From IMG/VR virus record IMGVR_UViG_3300045580_000128, positions 1-33,377 of that record: 33,377 nucleotides of DNA; one strand, written 5' to 3'. Below, one piece after another: positions 1 to 8,518 of this stretch (positions are counted from its first letter, which is position 1; each line of letters opens with the position of its first letter). The stretch is from a virus. Lineage: Duplodnaviria > Caudoviricetes. The notes under the pieces are model-generated. The model did no database searches, was not told the origin of the DNA, and saw nothing but the letters and a program-made list of their open reading frames with translations. The translations under genes and the position numbers were made by a program.

Positions 1-93
1 TGATTAATCTCCTATTGAATTTGGCGCGTTTTGGGCCTTATTTTTAGTAATTAGCCCGTTTAAACCTAATATTTCGTGTTATTAGGTGTGATT

Positions 94-528
94 TTACACA
101 CGGGCTGGAATATTGACTTTTGCTATCTTATGGGGCGCTCTATACATATTAGGAATATACTGAGACTGTTCTTCTGGTCCCATATAAATATACCCGAATC
201 CGCCCTCATTACCATATACCACCAAGCCCTTAGAGTCTTGTGACTTTACAATATATATACCAGCGTCAGTAAGATATTGTTTATCCCCATTATCTCCTAC
301 GTAATAATTACCAGATCGACCAAATACTTTTATACGATCACCATTATTAAGATCTTTCCAGTTCTCTACATACTCCAACTTCTTCTGTTTCTTAACGCGC
401 TTTGGTTTCTTATTTTTAGAAGTGGCCCCACTCACAAATTCATGATTACAGTGTTTACAAGAGTGAGATCGGGCGCCATTGATTTGATTACAATTCTTAC
501 AAAGCTTTTGTCCACGTTTAGGTTTCAT
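94..528 (-). CDS. hypothetical protein with N-terminal zinc ribbon
   Basis: CKNC-x10-CKHC motif and a basic linker. ATG at 528 follows AAGGA; the ORF track starts at GTG 543. Confidence 0.75.
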   Translation of the reverse strand: MKPKRGQKLCKNCNQINGARSHSCKHCNHEFVSGATSKNKKPKRVKKQKKLEYVENWKDLNNGDRIKVFGRSGNYYVGDNGDKQYLTDAGIYIVKSQDSKGLVVYGNEGGFGYIYMGPEEQSQYIPNMYRAPHKIAKVNIPARV

Positions 529-585
529 TAATGTTCCTTTCACTGACTATGAGTATCTGGGCGATCTTATTAATTTGAGTAGTAC

Positions 586-614
586 AGTATACATCGTCAT
601 ATCCCTGGTGTCAA
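586..614 (-). promoter_or_regulatory. sigma70-type promoter
   Basis: Minus strand reads TTGACA-N17-TATACT. Confidence 0.75.
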
Positions 615-663
615 CTACAATATAAAAAGTCGCTGACTATCAGCATTGTGGCGATCTTATATA

Positions 664-915
664 TTAAGGTGATACAATCGTCAGTTCATTATTGTGCATC
701 TGTACAAAATAACTTTTACTAATGATCTTACCTTCTATACCTTCAACCTCGCGCTTGCTATATAAATTAACGCGCCACCTATTATCAAATACATTTATAC
801 TTTTGCAGTATAGATAATCCTTGGGCTTCTCTACATAATTGAAAATAATATCACAAGGAGTAATGCCCCAATCTTCAATCTTTTTCGCTGGAAATCCTTC
901 TACATTTTTTACCAT
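664..915 (-). CDS. hypothetical protein
   Basis: 83-aa ORF with GGAGG RBS. Confidence 0.75.
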   Translation of the reverse strand: MVKNVEGFPAKKIEDWGITPCDIIFNYVEKPKDYLYCKSINVFDNRWRVNLYSKREVEGIEGKIISKSYFVQMHNNELTIVSP

Positions 916-1061
916 AAAACCTCCATTTTCGCTGACTGTATTGCAATAACTTGAACCTTTTGGTTGGGGTTGTACATCCCCTTGCCCAGCCTGTGTAGAT
1001 TGCCTATATTACGCATCTTCACAACCTGACATTCCCCATTCTACCATATCGACACTCTAGA

Positions 1062-1090
1062 CACAACCTCTTGAGATCAAAGGACTTACG
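1062..1090. repeat. solitary degenerate 29-bp dyad, half of the 82-bp element
   Basis: CACAACCTCTT-GAGATCA-AAGGACTTACG. Confidence 0.6.
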
Positions 1091-1111
1091 TTCACTCATA
1101 TATAGATTCGA

Positions 1112-1193
1112 CGTAAGTACTTGGAAATAAATAAGTTATGGAAAATGGCCCCGGCCCCGCCTGACGCAAACCCTTGCGACATAAGGACTTAGG
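1112..1193. repeat. 82-bp double-dyad element, copy 1
   Basis: CGTAAGTACTT-N7-AATAAGTTATG, 24-bp core containing CCCCGGCCCCGC, CGCAAACCCTT-N7-AAGGACTTAGG. Confidence 0.85.
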
Positions 1194-1202
1194 ACGAATA
1201 AG

Positions 1203-1251
1203 AGAAAAAGAAACCGGCCACCACCGATGACGTATTTATGATGGTGACCGG
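1203..1251 (-). terminator. probable intrinsic terminator after the DUF932-like gene
   Basis: CCGGTCACCA...TGGTGGCCGG stem followed by TTTCTTTTTC on the minus strand; the loop is long. Confidence 0.55.
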
Positions 1252-1268
1252 CTCTTTCCCTTTATAGC

Positions 1269-2471
1269 TTAAGCTGTAAGAGCGAAAACCTTTTCGTAAT
1301 CCTTATCAGTGAAAGTATCAGCACGACGCAGGATGGTATTCCAGCGGTCTGCGGACGTTTCCATCAGACTACCAGCAACCTCATCGAACTTAACCCAAGT
1401 CTTATTATCAAACTTCTGGCCAGCACGGGTCAGACCGTTGATAACACCGAACAGGCTACGATGCTCAGATTCCATCGTAATATACTGTTCAAGAAACTCT
1501 GTAGCCTCACGCTTCGACAGCTTATAATCTGACGAAACTGCTGCGATAACACCCTTAATACTAGCCTTGCCAGTTTCCATAGCACGGGTAGCGAGGAACT
1601 GCTTAATACCGGGAGCCAGAAGCGGAATCTGATCTTGGATATTCTTAGCAATTTCCATCTTAAGTTTAACAAGATCAATATTACCACGGTGAACACGACG
1701 AATCTTTTCGCCCGTAGTCTGACCCCAGATACAACCGTTCATGCAGATAGCACGAAACAGGCTGGGCGTTTGACTAATGCGGCGAGTACCAATCTCGCAG
1801 TTACCAACACTAATCATGCCACCATAGTCGCTATCATCCGAACCATAATCCATGATAGTATCGGGGATAAGAACATTACCATAGATAGTATCCTCATCGC
1901 CACGCCAGTGACTAAAACGACCGCCGGGAATAAACTCTGCGAGAGTTTCCAAATACCAGCGATTATCAACCGGGGCATACTGATCCGTTACAAACGCACG
2001 GCACGTTCCATCCGTATAGGTACGGAGGCGGAATTTCTTATCGGGGTCAATGCGACGAAGAGCATTGTTGCCTACGATAGACATAGTATTAGCATCGTGA
2101 GAATCAAACCCTTCAATATTACGCATTTCACGCAGGAATGACGAACTAGTAACGCCAGCCCTCACACTAAACTGTTCAATAGCATGATCGGTCGGGCGAA
2201 ACTTGCGACCATCATTCAGCTTAAAATAAAAGTCATCATTCTCGCTCACGCAAGAGATGCTCTTAGTCTCGACCAGAATATCCTCACGATTTTCAACAGC
2301 AACGTGGGCATCCTGCATAACTTGTTCGTAGGTTTTAGTCTTCGCCCACCAATCCTTATGAACGTGCGTACCCTTCTCAAAACCCGTACCGGTAGCACCT
2401 TCCAGGGTACGAACGAACGAACCAGCGTCCTTGTCCGAAGTAATCGTCAGCTTATCGTAGCTCATCATCAT
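1269..2471 (-). CDS. DUF932-like phage/plasmid protein
   Basis: 400 aa. RAFVTDQYAPVDN and ISVGNCEIG..SLFRAICMNG resemble DUF932 motifs; GGAGA RBS. Confidence 0.7.
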   Translation of the reverse strand: MMMSYDKLTITSDKDAGSFVRTLEGATGTGFEKGTHVHKDWWAKTKTYEQVMQDAHVAVENREDILVETKSISCVSENDDFYFKLNDGRKFRPTDHAIEQFSVRAGVTSSSFLREMRNIEGFDSHDANTMSIVGNNALRRIDPDKKFRLRTYTDGTCRAFVTDQYAPVDNRWYLETLAEFIPGGRFSHWRGDEDTIYGNVLIPDTIMDYGSDDSDYGGMISVGNCEIGTRRISQTPSLFRAICMNGCIWGQTTGEKIRRVHRGNIDLVKLKMEIAKNIQDQIPLLAPGIKQFLATRAMETGKASIKGVIAAVSSDYKLSKREATEFLEQYITMESEHRSLFGVINGLTRAGQKFDNKTWVKFDEVAGSLMETSADRWNTILRRADTFTDKDYEKVFALTA

Positions 2472-2506
2472 CTCCTAAAGTGGAAGTCTCAACTCTTGTT
2501 CCCCCT

Positions 2507-2548
2507 ATCATACAATACATTATCGGCATGTCAAGGGGTGAGCATTAG
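2507..2548 (-). promoter_or_regulatory. composite sigma70/sigma28-like promoter
   Basis: TTGACA-N16-TATGAT interleaved with CTAATG-N15-GCCGATAA. Confidence 0.65.
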
Positions 2549-2563
2549 AAATTTCTTTTTAGC

Positions 2564-2645
2564 TCTAAATGCTTGCGGCGTAAGGACTTATGACAAGCCG
2601 CCCCGGCCCCGCTGTTCCTAAATATAGGCAGCGTAAGGACTTACG
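2564..2645. repeat. 82-bp double-dyad element, copy 2
   Basis: TCTAAATGCTT-GCGGCGT-AAGGACTTATG, 24 bp, CCTAAATATAG-GCAGCGT-AAGGACTTACG. Confidence 0.9.
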
Positions 2646-2646
2646 A

Positions 2647-2799
2647 TCAATCCAACTCTTTGACTTCTACGATATTCTCTGGCCCGAAATTCCCAAAGAA
2701 ATCGGGATCGTAGTATAGGCACTTATTTAGAAAATCGGCAATAGATTCCTTATCATCAAAATTGATTTCGTTATCCATATTTTCAATGCCAAGCTGCAT
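2647..2799 (-). CDS. small acidic hypothetical protein (not in ORF track)
   Basis: Hand translation MQLGIENMDNEINFDDKES...EVKELD*; the stop abuts repeat copy 2. Start uncertain. Confidence 0.5.
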   Translation of the reverse strand: MQLGIENMDNEINFDDKESIADFLNKCLYYDPDFFGNFGPENIVEVKELD

Positions 2800-2816
2800 A
2801 CTAATAGTAATTAGTT

Positions 2817-3044
2817 TCAATTCACATTCTCCATATAATATGTATCAAAGATAGTTTTCCAACTTGGCATAGTGTAGAAAGGATTTCCCTCATTTACGCA
2901 CACGCCGTTCTTATCGTACACATCATACCACGCTACATTACGATTATCGCGGTCGCTATAAGTTTCGTAAATAGCATAGATTTCATAAACACCATAGTCA
3001 AGTCGCTCATCATAGATATAAGTTGCTATATGTTCATCAGTCAT
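2817..3044 (-). CDS. hypothetical protein
   Basis: 75-aa Tyr/Asp-rich ORF co-oriented with its neighbours. Confidence 0.7.
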   Translation of the reverse strand: MTDEHIATYIYDERLDYGVYEIYAIYETYSDRDNRNVAWYDVYDKNGVCVNEGNPFYTMPSWKTIFDTYYMENVN

Positions 3045-3200
3045 AGTGTGGCCCTACCTTGTAATGTTGGGGGAATATTAAATAATTATAATTGATTAAT
3101 TAATTCCGATTTATTTTTCTTGGTAAAACAACGACCACACGACGAGCATAATAAACAGTTCTAGCAATAGATTCTCCCTATAAGTGATAACATATCACAG

Positions 3201-3276
3201 TAGGGCGAGTAGGAGTCGAACCTACCTATGGTCACCTTATAAGAGTGATGGATGCAACCGGCTTACCTTTCGCCCC
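3201..3276 (-). tRNA. tRNA-Ile(UAU)
   Basis: Acceptor GGGGCGA/TCGCCCT, anticodon arm TCACT-CTTATAA-GGTGA, T-loop TTCGACT. No encoded CCA. Own promoter TTGACG-N17-TATAAT at 3298-3326. Confidence 0.85.
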
Positions 3277-3333
3277 GTGAAGCGGATGATACACAGTATT
3301 ATACCATGTATCACCCGCATCGTCAAGGGAGAA

Positions 3334-3546
3334 TCAACTGCAAACTGGGTCAATCATGCGGTCGCATCGCAGTGTGCGAACCTTATTATCCTTGGAGCGA
3401 ACCACAGCATACGGACCATGCGGCCCATAGCCAAACTGCTCCACCTTGCCAGTGTGACGCTTCAGAATATTAAGCGTACCATGCTTGGGATACTTGCAAG
3501 AAATATCGCCACCCTTGCGAAGAGTAAAGTTAGTAAACACGTTCAT
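3334..3546 (-). CDS. hypothetical protein
   Basis: 70 aa with GGGAGA RBS. Confidence 0.65.
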   Translation of the reverse strand: MNVFTNFTLRKGGDISCKYPKHGTLNILKRHTGKVEQFGYGPHGPYAVVRSKDNKVRTLRCDRMIDPVCS

Positions 3547-3564
3547 AGTTAATTATCTCCCTTA

Positions 3565-3699
3565 TTAAGCAAACATCTTCTCAACATCAGCGAGGGTATA
3601 CACAACCCTCTTACCATTAGAAACAAACGTCACACCGTCACGCTGGATACTAACAACCTTACCGTACTTAGTATCGTCATTCAAGCCAAGAATCTTCAT
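3565..3699 (-). CDS. small hypothetical protein (not in ORF track)
   Basis: MKILGLNDDTKYGKVVSIQRDGVTFVSNGKRVVYTLADVEKMFA*, with AGGAGA RBS. Confidence 0.65.
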   Translation of the reverse strand: MKILGLNDDTKYGKVVSIQRDGVTFVSNGKRVVYTLADVEKMFA

Positions 3700-3717
3700 G
3701 TTATCTCCTGTCGAAAG

Positions 3718-4089
3718 TCACCACCAACTATCATACATCACAGTAACGCCACTGTCAAGAGCCTCTCGGGCTTTTCGAATAAACTCCAAATCTTGATCCT
3801 TATAATATCCATCACTATTATCACCGAAAAAGAATCCACCAGTAGACGGAAGTTCACCGTTAGTAACAGCAGACTCTAAACGGGCGAGATCGTCATAATT
3901 CAACTCAAGAGGAACGCAGTTAAAATCGCCCATCATATTAGGCTCATAATCCTCTGGAAGGCCGGGACGACCCTTCTCTTCCCAAAGATTTTCCATCCAG
4001 CCTTGAAGATTAGGATGCTTACGCCAGTAGGCGAGTTCTTCCTTTTCTCCATTGTTGTCAACAGCAAAGGCGTACTGATCCAGACCCAT
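3718..4089 (-). CDS. conserved phage hypothetical protein (MGLDQY..YWRKH..WW type)
   Basis: Recognisable motif pattern of a common phage family; AGGAGA RBS. Confidence 0.8.
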   Translation of the reverse strand: MGLDQYAFAVDNNGEKEELAYWRKHPNLQGWMENLWEEKGRPGLPEDYEPNMMGDFNCVPLELNYDDLARLESAVTNGELPSTGGFFFGDNSDGYYKDQDLEFIRKAREALDSGVTVMYDSWW

Positions 4090-4180
4090 TATAATCTCCT
4101 AGTTAGTGGTTGCCAGAATGGATACTAGGTTACTACTACTTCACCTAGTATCGACATTCTAGCCGACATTCTTTAGAAAA

Positions 4181-4447
4181 TCAAGCATCAACAGTCGCGG
4201 CAACCTCGGCCTTGACGGGCTTGGGAGCCTTGACAGGCTTGGGAGCGGCGAGGCTCACGCCAGCGACACGCTTAGCCCACACCTTGTAACCCTGCTCAGC
4301 CAGATCGTCAGTCTTGACATTCTTATGCACAGCAGCAATCGTGCCAAGACCATCAACAGCCGCCAGCAGCGAACCGCGAACAGCATCAGCATCAATACCA
4401 ACCGGCGAATCCGTCACAATATCAACCGTAAAAGAAAACTTCTTCAT
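4181..4447 (-). CDS. hypothetical protein with PKPVKA repeat tail
   Basis: 88 aa with AGGAGA RBS and a promoter at 4492-4532. Confidence 0.75.
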   Translation of the reverse strand: MKKFSFTVDIVTDSPVGIDADAVRGSLLAAVDGLGTIAAVHKNVKTDDLAEQGYKVWAKRVAGVSLAAPKPVKAPKPVKAEVAATVDA

Positions 4448-4550
4448 TTTTTCTCCTTTGAACTACTTGTGTGTCAATCACTTACTCCCACATTCTACAA
4501 CGTATTATCGTCGTGTCAATAGGGCAAACTTAAAAAAATTCTTGATTGAG

Positions 4551-4632
4551 CGTAAGTTGTTGTGGGATAAGGACTTACGGCCAGCGGCCCCGGCCCGCCT
4601 CGCCATAAGTTCTTTAGTGGCAAGGCTTTAGG
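4551..4632. repeat. 82-bp double-dyad element, copy 3
   Basis: CGTAAGTTGTT-GTGGGAT-AAGGACTTACG, 24 bp, CATAAGTTCTT-TAGTGGC-AAGGCTTTAGG. Confidence 0.9.
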
Positions 4633-5004
4633 TTAAGAGAGATAACCCTCACAACCCAAATCGACCAGTTCATTGAGCAGCTTCTCCGCTGCTTCTGGAG
4701 TAGACAGAGTGAGGCTATGCTTAGTTCCCTCCTTTGCTGGAACGAACTTATCATACTTCCATCCACCCACCAGATAATCGGTCCACTCCTTACTCTCCTT
4801 CAACCCCCAACCAGAGTGAAGACGAATAGCCTTGATGCAAGGAATTCGATTATCAAGATTCATGCCACCAGTAATGGTAACAGTCTTGAATTGATTCACG
4901 CCCAAAGCAACCTCAAAGGCGTTCACGATCTTGTTGTAGATGTCAACATGGCAGTTGTTAGCCAGTTCCATAGCCTCACGAACAGTCAGTTGCAGATTAA
5001 TCAT
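4633..5004 (-). CDS. ribosomal protein L7/L12 C-terminal-domain-like protein
   Basis: RIPCIKAIRLHSGWGLKESKEW..STPEAAEKLLNELVDLG follows the bL12 CTD pattern KIxVIKxVRxxTGLGLKEAK..SKEEAEKIKxxLExAG. Confidence 0.65.
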   Translation of the reverse strand: MINLQLTVREAMELANNCHVDIYNKIVNAFEVALGVNQFKTVTITGGMNLDNRIPCIKAIRLHSGWGLKESKEWTDYLVGGWKYDKFVPAKEGTKHSLTLSTPEAAEKLLNELVDLGCEGYLS

Positions 5005-5005
5005 C

Positions 5006-5419
5006 TTAAACCCTTTCCTCAAGAACGTAAACTTGTTTGTCGTTAGTAATTAGCGTAGAATATTCGCTATTATCCCAAATAAATTCGTTGCTATCGCTTT
5101 CTCGTCGCCAGTATGGGTCACGAATAGGGTTATAATACAATTTTTCTAGATCGTCAACTGGAATATTCTTAATCGGCCTAACTTCTTCACACTTGACCCA
5201 TCCACTCACATCGTGAACGCCAGCCTTATGTACTTTCTTGGCCTTATTGGGATAATTCACCAATTTGCAACCAATCATCTCTAGCTGATATTCTTTAGGA
5301 TTATAGTAGTATACATCTACCTTTTTCCTACCCTGCATGATCTTAATTTGCCAGTGCATATAATGCTGGCCTTTGCTCAGATGAAATCGAACTTCGGCGT
5401 GTAGTGGTTTCTGTTTCAT
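5006..5419 (-). CDS. hypothetical protein, probably leaderless
   Basis: ATG at 5419 lies 6 nt after TATAAT of a TTGACA-N17-TATAAT promoter. Confidence 0.7.
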   Translation of the reverse strand: MKQKPLHAEVRFHLSKGQHYMHWQIKIMQGRKKVDVYYYNPKEYQLEMIGCKLVNYPNKAKKVHKAGVHDVSGWVKCEEVRPIKNIPVDDLEKLYYNPIRDPYWRRESDSNEFIWDNSEYSTLITNDKQVYVLEERV

Positions 5420-5433
5420 GCTCATATTATACG

Positions 5434-5991
5434 TTATCGACATTCTCCTGTCAAGAGCTTGAAAGAAAAATATTTTTTCATCATGAGAATAAACACACCA
5501 ATGACTGCTAAAATCCACACGCTAGGTTCTGGAGTGTTGATGATAGTTCCACTATTGATTAGCTGTATAGAGTTATCACTAACAACAAACTGCCCCCACA
5601 CTATAGTATCGTCGTATGAAATAAGTGGCTTTGATAGTATGCTATTATACTCTTCACCGGCCCAAGAATATAGATAGAAATCACTATGTTTTTTAATCTC
5701 TATAGAAGATAGTGATCCAAAGTTAGATGCAAAGGGAATATCATTATATATATCACTAGAGTCATACCAAGCAAAAGGTATGCCCACAGTATAATCCACG
5801 GTTTCAATAGTGGTTTTATCAGCAGAATCTATCAAGCGTACAAATAGAGATGCTCCATCACCACTATCGGTTGTATAAGATAGCGAATACAATTCCTCAT
5901 TAAAGAAATTATATTGATTTACGCTCAGAGTATTGGCCGAACATACAGAACAAATACTCAGAACAGCAATAGAATATATAAATTTAATCAT
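5434..5991 (-). CDS. secreted protein with PEP-CTERM-like sorting signal
   Basis: Signal peptide MIKFIYSIAVLSICSVCSA; C-terminal TPEPS-VWILAVIGVFILMM-KK. Confidence 0.75.
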   Translation of the reverse strand: MIKFIYSIAVLSICSVCSANTLSVNQYNFFNEELYSLSYTTDSGDGASLFVRLIDSADKTTIETVDYTVGIPFAWYDSSDIYNDIPFASNFGSLSSIEIKKHSDFYLYSWAGEEYNSILSKPLISYDDTIVWGQFVVSDNSIQLINSGTIINTPEPSVWILAVIGVFILMMKKYFSFKLLTGECR

Positions 5992-6301
5992 ATAATCCCT
6001 TAGTATACTCTTCTGGAATGATGGGACACCAACTCTTGGCCCGTTCCTCGTCGTAGGGAAGCCAGAATGGGGCGTCACAAGCATCACAAAAACCAAATCT
6101 AGTATTTGTAAAAATATGTGGACACAGTTCTACTTTTTTATCCTCATAAACTATTTCTCCATTATCGTCATAATAATATGGATTAAATGATCTCCCATCT
6201 TCATAAGAATAATGACCAATCCACAGGCCAATGTTGGGGCCAAAGTAATAAACCTTCTGGCCTCCAGTTGGCGGATTCTTATGAGAGTTATTCCACTCCA
6301 T
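5984..6301 (-). CDS. hypothetical protein
   Basis: 105 aa, translationally coupled to its neighbours. Confidence 0.7.
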   Translation of the reverse strand: MEWNNSHKNPPTGGQKVYYFGPNIGLWIGHYSYEDGRSFNPYYYDDNGEIVYEDKKVELCPHIFTNTRFGFCDACDAPFWLPYDEERAKSWCPIIPEEYTKGLYD

Positions 6302-6507
6302 TAGTGCTTCGCACCCTTCTTTTTCTTTTTAACCGGTTTTTGATACGCTTTGGTCACAATCTCTATTTCACGAACATCAATCGGTCTACCATAAAACTCA
6401 GCATCATTATAATATGATCGTGCAATCTTTTCAGTCTTACAAACCATTTCAATAGATTCATGAATACTACCAGCACCGTATTCACAAATAATAGCATATG
6501 CTTTCAT
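6301..6507 (-). CDS. hypothetical protein
   Basis: GAGGA RBS before MKAYAII; Lys-rich tail. Confidence 0.65.
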   Translation of the reverse strand: MKAYAIICEYGAGSIHESIEMVCKTEKIARSYYNDAEFYGRPIDVREIEIVTKAYQKPVKKKKKGAKH

Positions 6508-6671
6508 TATATCCTCTTCACTATCCTCACCCATTCCTCAATCAAATCTTTAGCATTTATATCGTATTCTTCTGCTAAAGTCAAGGCTTCATCAAGGTTA
6601 GGCTTACACATAACCATTATGCGGCTATTCAAAACTTGCAGAATCTTAACTGTTGCTTCTTCTTTGGTCAT
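6507..6671 (-). CDS. hypothetical protein
   Basis: AGGAGA RBS before MTKEE; promoter TTGACA..TATAGT at ~6728-6755. Confidence 0.65.
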   Translation of the reverse strand: MTKEEATVKILQVLNSRIMVMCKPNLDEALTLAEEYDINAKDLIEEWVRIVKRI

Positions 6672-6755
6672 AATCTTTCTCCTTGTATTGGCCGTGGTGA
6701 GGACGCTATCTCCCATAGATTAGCACTACTATACAGCGTATAAGCCCGCTGTCAA

Positions 6756-6944
6756 CCCCACCTCGCATAACGAACGGTAGGTTTATCGTAATGGCTTATC
6801 CTAATCTAGTCCCTTGAGCATGGACCCACGGATGTTTGTGTTGCTACGCAACGTAGTACGACAAGTTTAGCGACTCTTCTCTATCTTGTCACGGCTTAGT
6901 ATGAGGTTATCTCCATCGCTCCACCGCTACGTTTTGTTTTACTC
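6756..6944 (-). ncRNA. candidate structured non-coding RNA
   Basis: ORF-free on the minus strand, directly downstream of a strong promoter at 6949-6989. Stems AACGTAG/CTACGTT, GACAAG/CTTGTC, GTCC/GGAC, CCTACC/GGTGGG. Confidence 0.4.
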
Positions 6945-6996
6945 CACCATTCTACTCTCTATTATCGGCCTGTCAATAGGGTTTCTTGAAAAATTT

Positions 6997-7494
6997 TTAG
7001 GCTACTGGCTCATCCTCAAAAAACTCATCAAGATTATAGTCTTCCCAAATACGTTTAGGAATCATATTATGGTCTGTATATTCTACGTAATGGTCTTCTC
7101 CGTCTTTCCATACTCCACAGAAAGCCATTCCCGGTTCAAAATATGTGGCCTCTACACTAAATCCAAGTTCGTGCAACTTTTCGTACAGCCTAATAGGAGG
7201 ACTCCACGCACTATCAAAAGTCATAGTTGCTTCATTGCCCACAATGGTAGGTTTCAACCCATGAGCCTCGTCATTATCACTACCAATATCCCACTTTGTT
7301 CCCCAATTGTTGATGCACCAAGTATACCAATAATTCGGACTAGATTCGTCCGTAATAAGTTCTCCCTTATCGTCTTTCGGTACAGGCAGATAATGGTCAC
7401 AAACCTTACCTTCCTTATAGGCATGAACAAATTCCATAACCTTAGAACGATCATCATGAGAAATAGTCAAATTATTTAGGCACCAATTAGGCAT
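6997..7494 (-). CDS. DUF1281/YubB ferredoxin-like domain protein
   Basis: MPNWCxN, WYxWCINNWGTKWD, FDSAWSPP and YFEPG motifs. Confidence 0.8.
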   Translation of the reverse strand: MPNWCLNNLTISHDDRSKVMEFVHAYKEGKVCDHYLPVPKDDKGELITDESSPNYWYTWCINNWGTKWDIGSDNDEAHGLKPTIVGNEATMTFDSAWSPPIRLYEKLHELGFSVEATYFEPGMAFCGVWKDGEDHYVEYTDHNMIPKRIWEDYNLDEFFEDEPVA

Positions 7495-7508
7495 AACATA
7501 CTCCTTAT

Positions 7509-7709
7509 TTATACATCATACTCGTTACGCCACGCCCTGTCAAGAGCTTTTCTTGTACGCATACGCTTTGGGCGATTATCGAACGTAGTGTCCTTGTGTT
7601 CCTTGTGTCCCGTAGGCAATTCCCACGGCTTTTTGGTTTTGATTTTGATATTGTTGCGGCGAGGCCGAGTATCGTCGTTGTTCTGGAGCGTAATCATACC
7701 ATTGTCCAT
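7509..7709 (-). CDS. small basic hypothetical protein
   Basis: 66 aa, Arg/Lys-rich; overlaps the 3' end of 7576-7896. Confidence 0.5.
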   Translation of the reverse strand: MDNGMITLQNNDDTRPRRNNIKIKTKKPWELPTGHKEHKDTTFDNRPKRMRTRKALDRAWRNEYDV

Positions 7710-7896
7710 TTTCGTGAAGGTAAAAAACTTTATCTAGGTTAGGATCATAAGCCATTAAGCAGTATTGTACGGGATATTTCTGAACTGTCAAGGGCTTTTG
7801 AATTGCGGGCAATTTAATGTCGCCCTTTTGATAGTCCTTAACTCCCGTATATAGCAAACCAATTACCGTGAAAAATACACCAATCCACTGAATCAT
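7576..7896 (-). CDS. hypothetical membrane-anchored protein
   Basis: N-terminal hydrophobic helix IQWIGVFFTVIGLLY; GAGGT RBS. Confidence 0.6.
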   Translation of the reverse strand: MIQWIGVFFTVIGLLYTGVKDYQKGDIKLPAIQKPLTVQKYPVQYCLMAYDPNLDKVFYLHENGQWYDYAPEQRRYSASPQQYQNQNQKAVGIAYGTQGTQGHYVR

Positions 7897-7953
7897 CGTA
7901 CCACCTCTATCCTTTCTCATACAGGATATTATCGGCGGTTCGTGTTCAAAACT

Positions 7954-8133
7954 TTAGGCTGGCTGACTATCCCTGCAAATATGATCTTGATTATTTGGCA
8001 AAGACATTACCATCCGCTCAACCCATACATTTTGCCCAAATTGCTCAGTTGCCCTAATGTACGCATCATATTGACTTGATGACATCACATATCCCGCAAA
8101 CCGGTTATTCTTCCAAACTCTCCAAGCATACAT
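7954..8133 (-). CDS. small hypothetical protein (not in ORF track)
   Basis: MYAWRVWKNNRFAGYVMSSSQYDAYIRATEQFGQ...; AGGAGA RBS; promoter at 8154-8193. Confidence 0.65.
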   Translation of the reverse strand: MYAWRVWKNNRFAGYVMSSSQYDAYIRATEQFGQNVWVERMVMSLPNNQDHICRDSQPA

Positions 8134-8199
8134 AATTCTGTCTCCTATGCCAAGTCTACCATAGGTATCGGCACTGTCAAGGCTTTCTCTTGAATTTTT

Positions 8200-8281
8200 C
8201 CTAAGTCTTTATTTGATAAGGGTTTACGTCAAATCTCCCCGGCCCCGCCGATCCTAAACCGTTGCGGGGTAAGCACTTACG
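8200..8281. repeat. 82-bp double-dyad element, copy 4
   Basis: CCTAAGTCTTT-ATTTGAT-AAGGGTTTACG, 24 bp, CCTAAACCGTT-GCGGGGT-AAGCACTTACG. Confidence 0.9.
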
Positions 8282-8287
8282 TCAACT

Positions 8288-8518
8288 CTATCCAATTTCC
8301 CATCCAGCGGCCTCCAGGACTTTATCACTATTAATAGTAATTGTTTCAGCATCAGCAGTAGATTTATCTCTCATACCACGCTGATCAATATAAAAATTTT
8401 CTTCTAATACGTCATGCTCATTAGTTTCCCATAACGCCGATATAGCAGCGTCCATAGGAAATTTATTTGTGCTATAAATTAGTTCTAGAGTCCCACATTT
8501 AATATAATATTTAGCCAC
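8288..8518 (-). CDS. hypothetical protein
   Basis: Probable GTG start at 8518 after AAGGA, coupled to the upstream stop. Confidence 0.6.
   Translation of the reverse strand: MAKYYIKCGTLELIYSTNKFPMDAAISALWETNEHDVLEENFYIDQRGMRDKSTADAETITINSDKVLEAAGWEIG

Noticed and set aside
54-106. Nested inverted repeats AGCCCGT/ACGGGCT and ACCTAATA/TATTAGGT
   Set aside because: Single instance at the window edge with no U-tract; probably an ordinary processing or stability hairpin.
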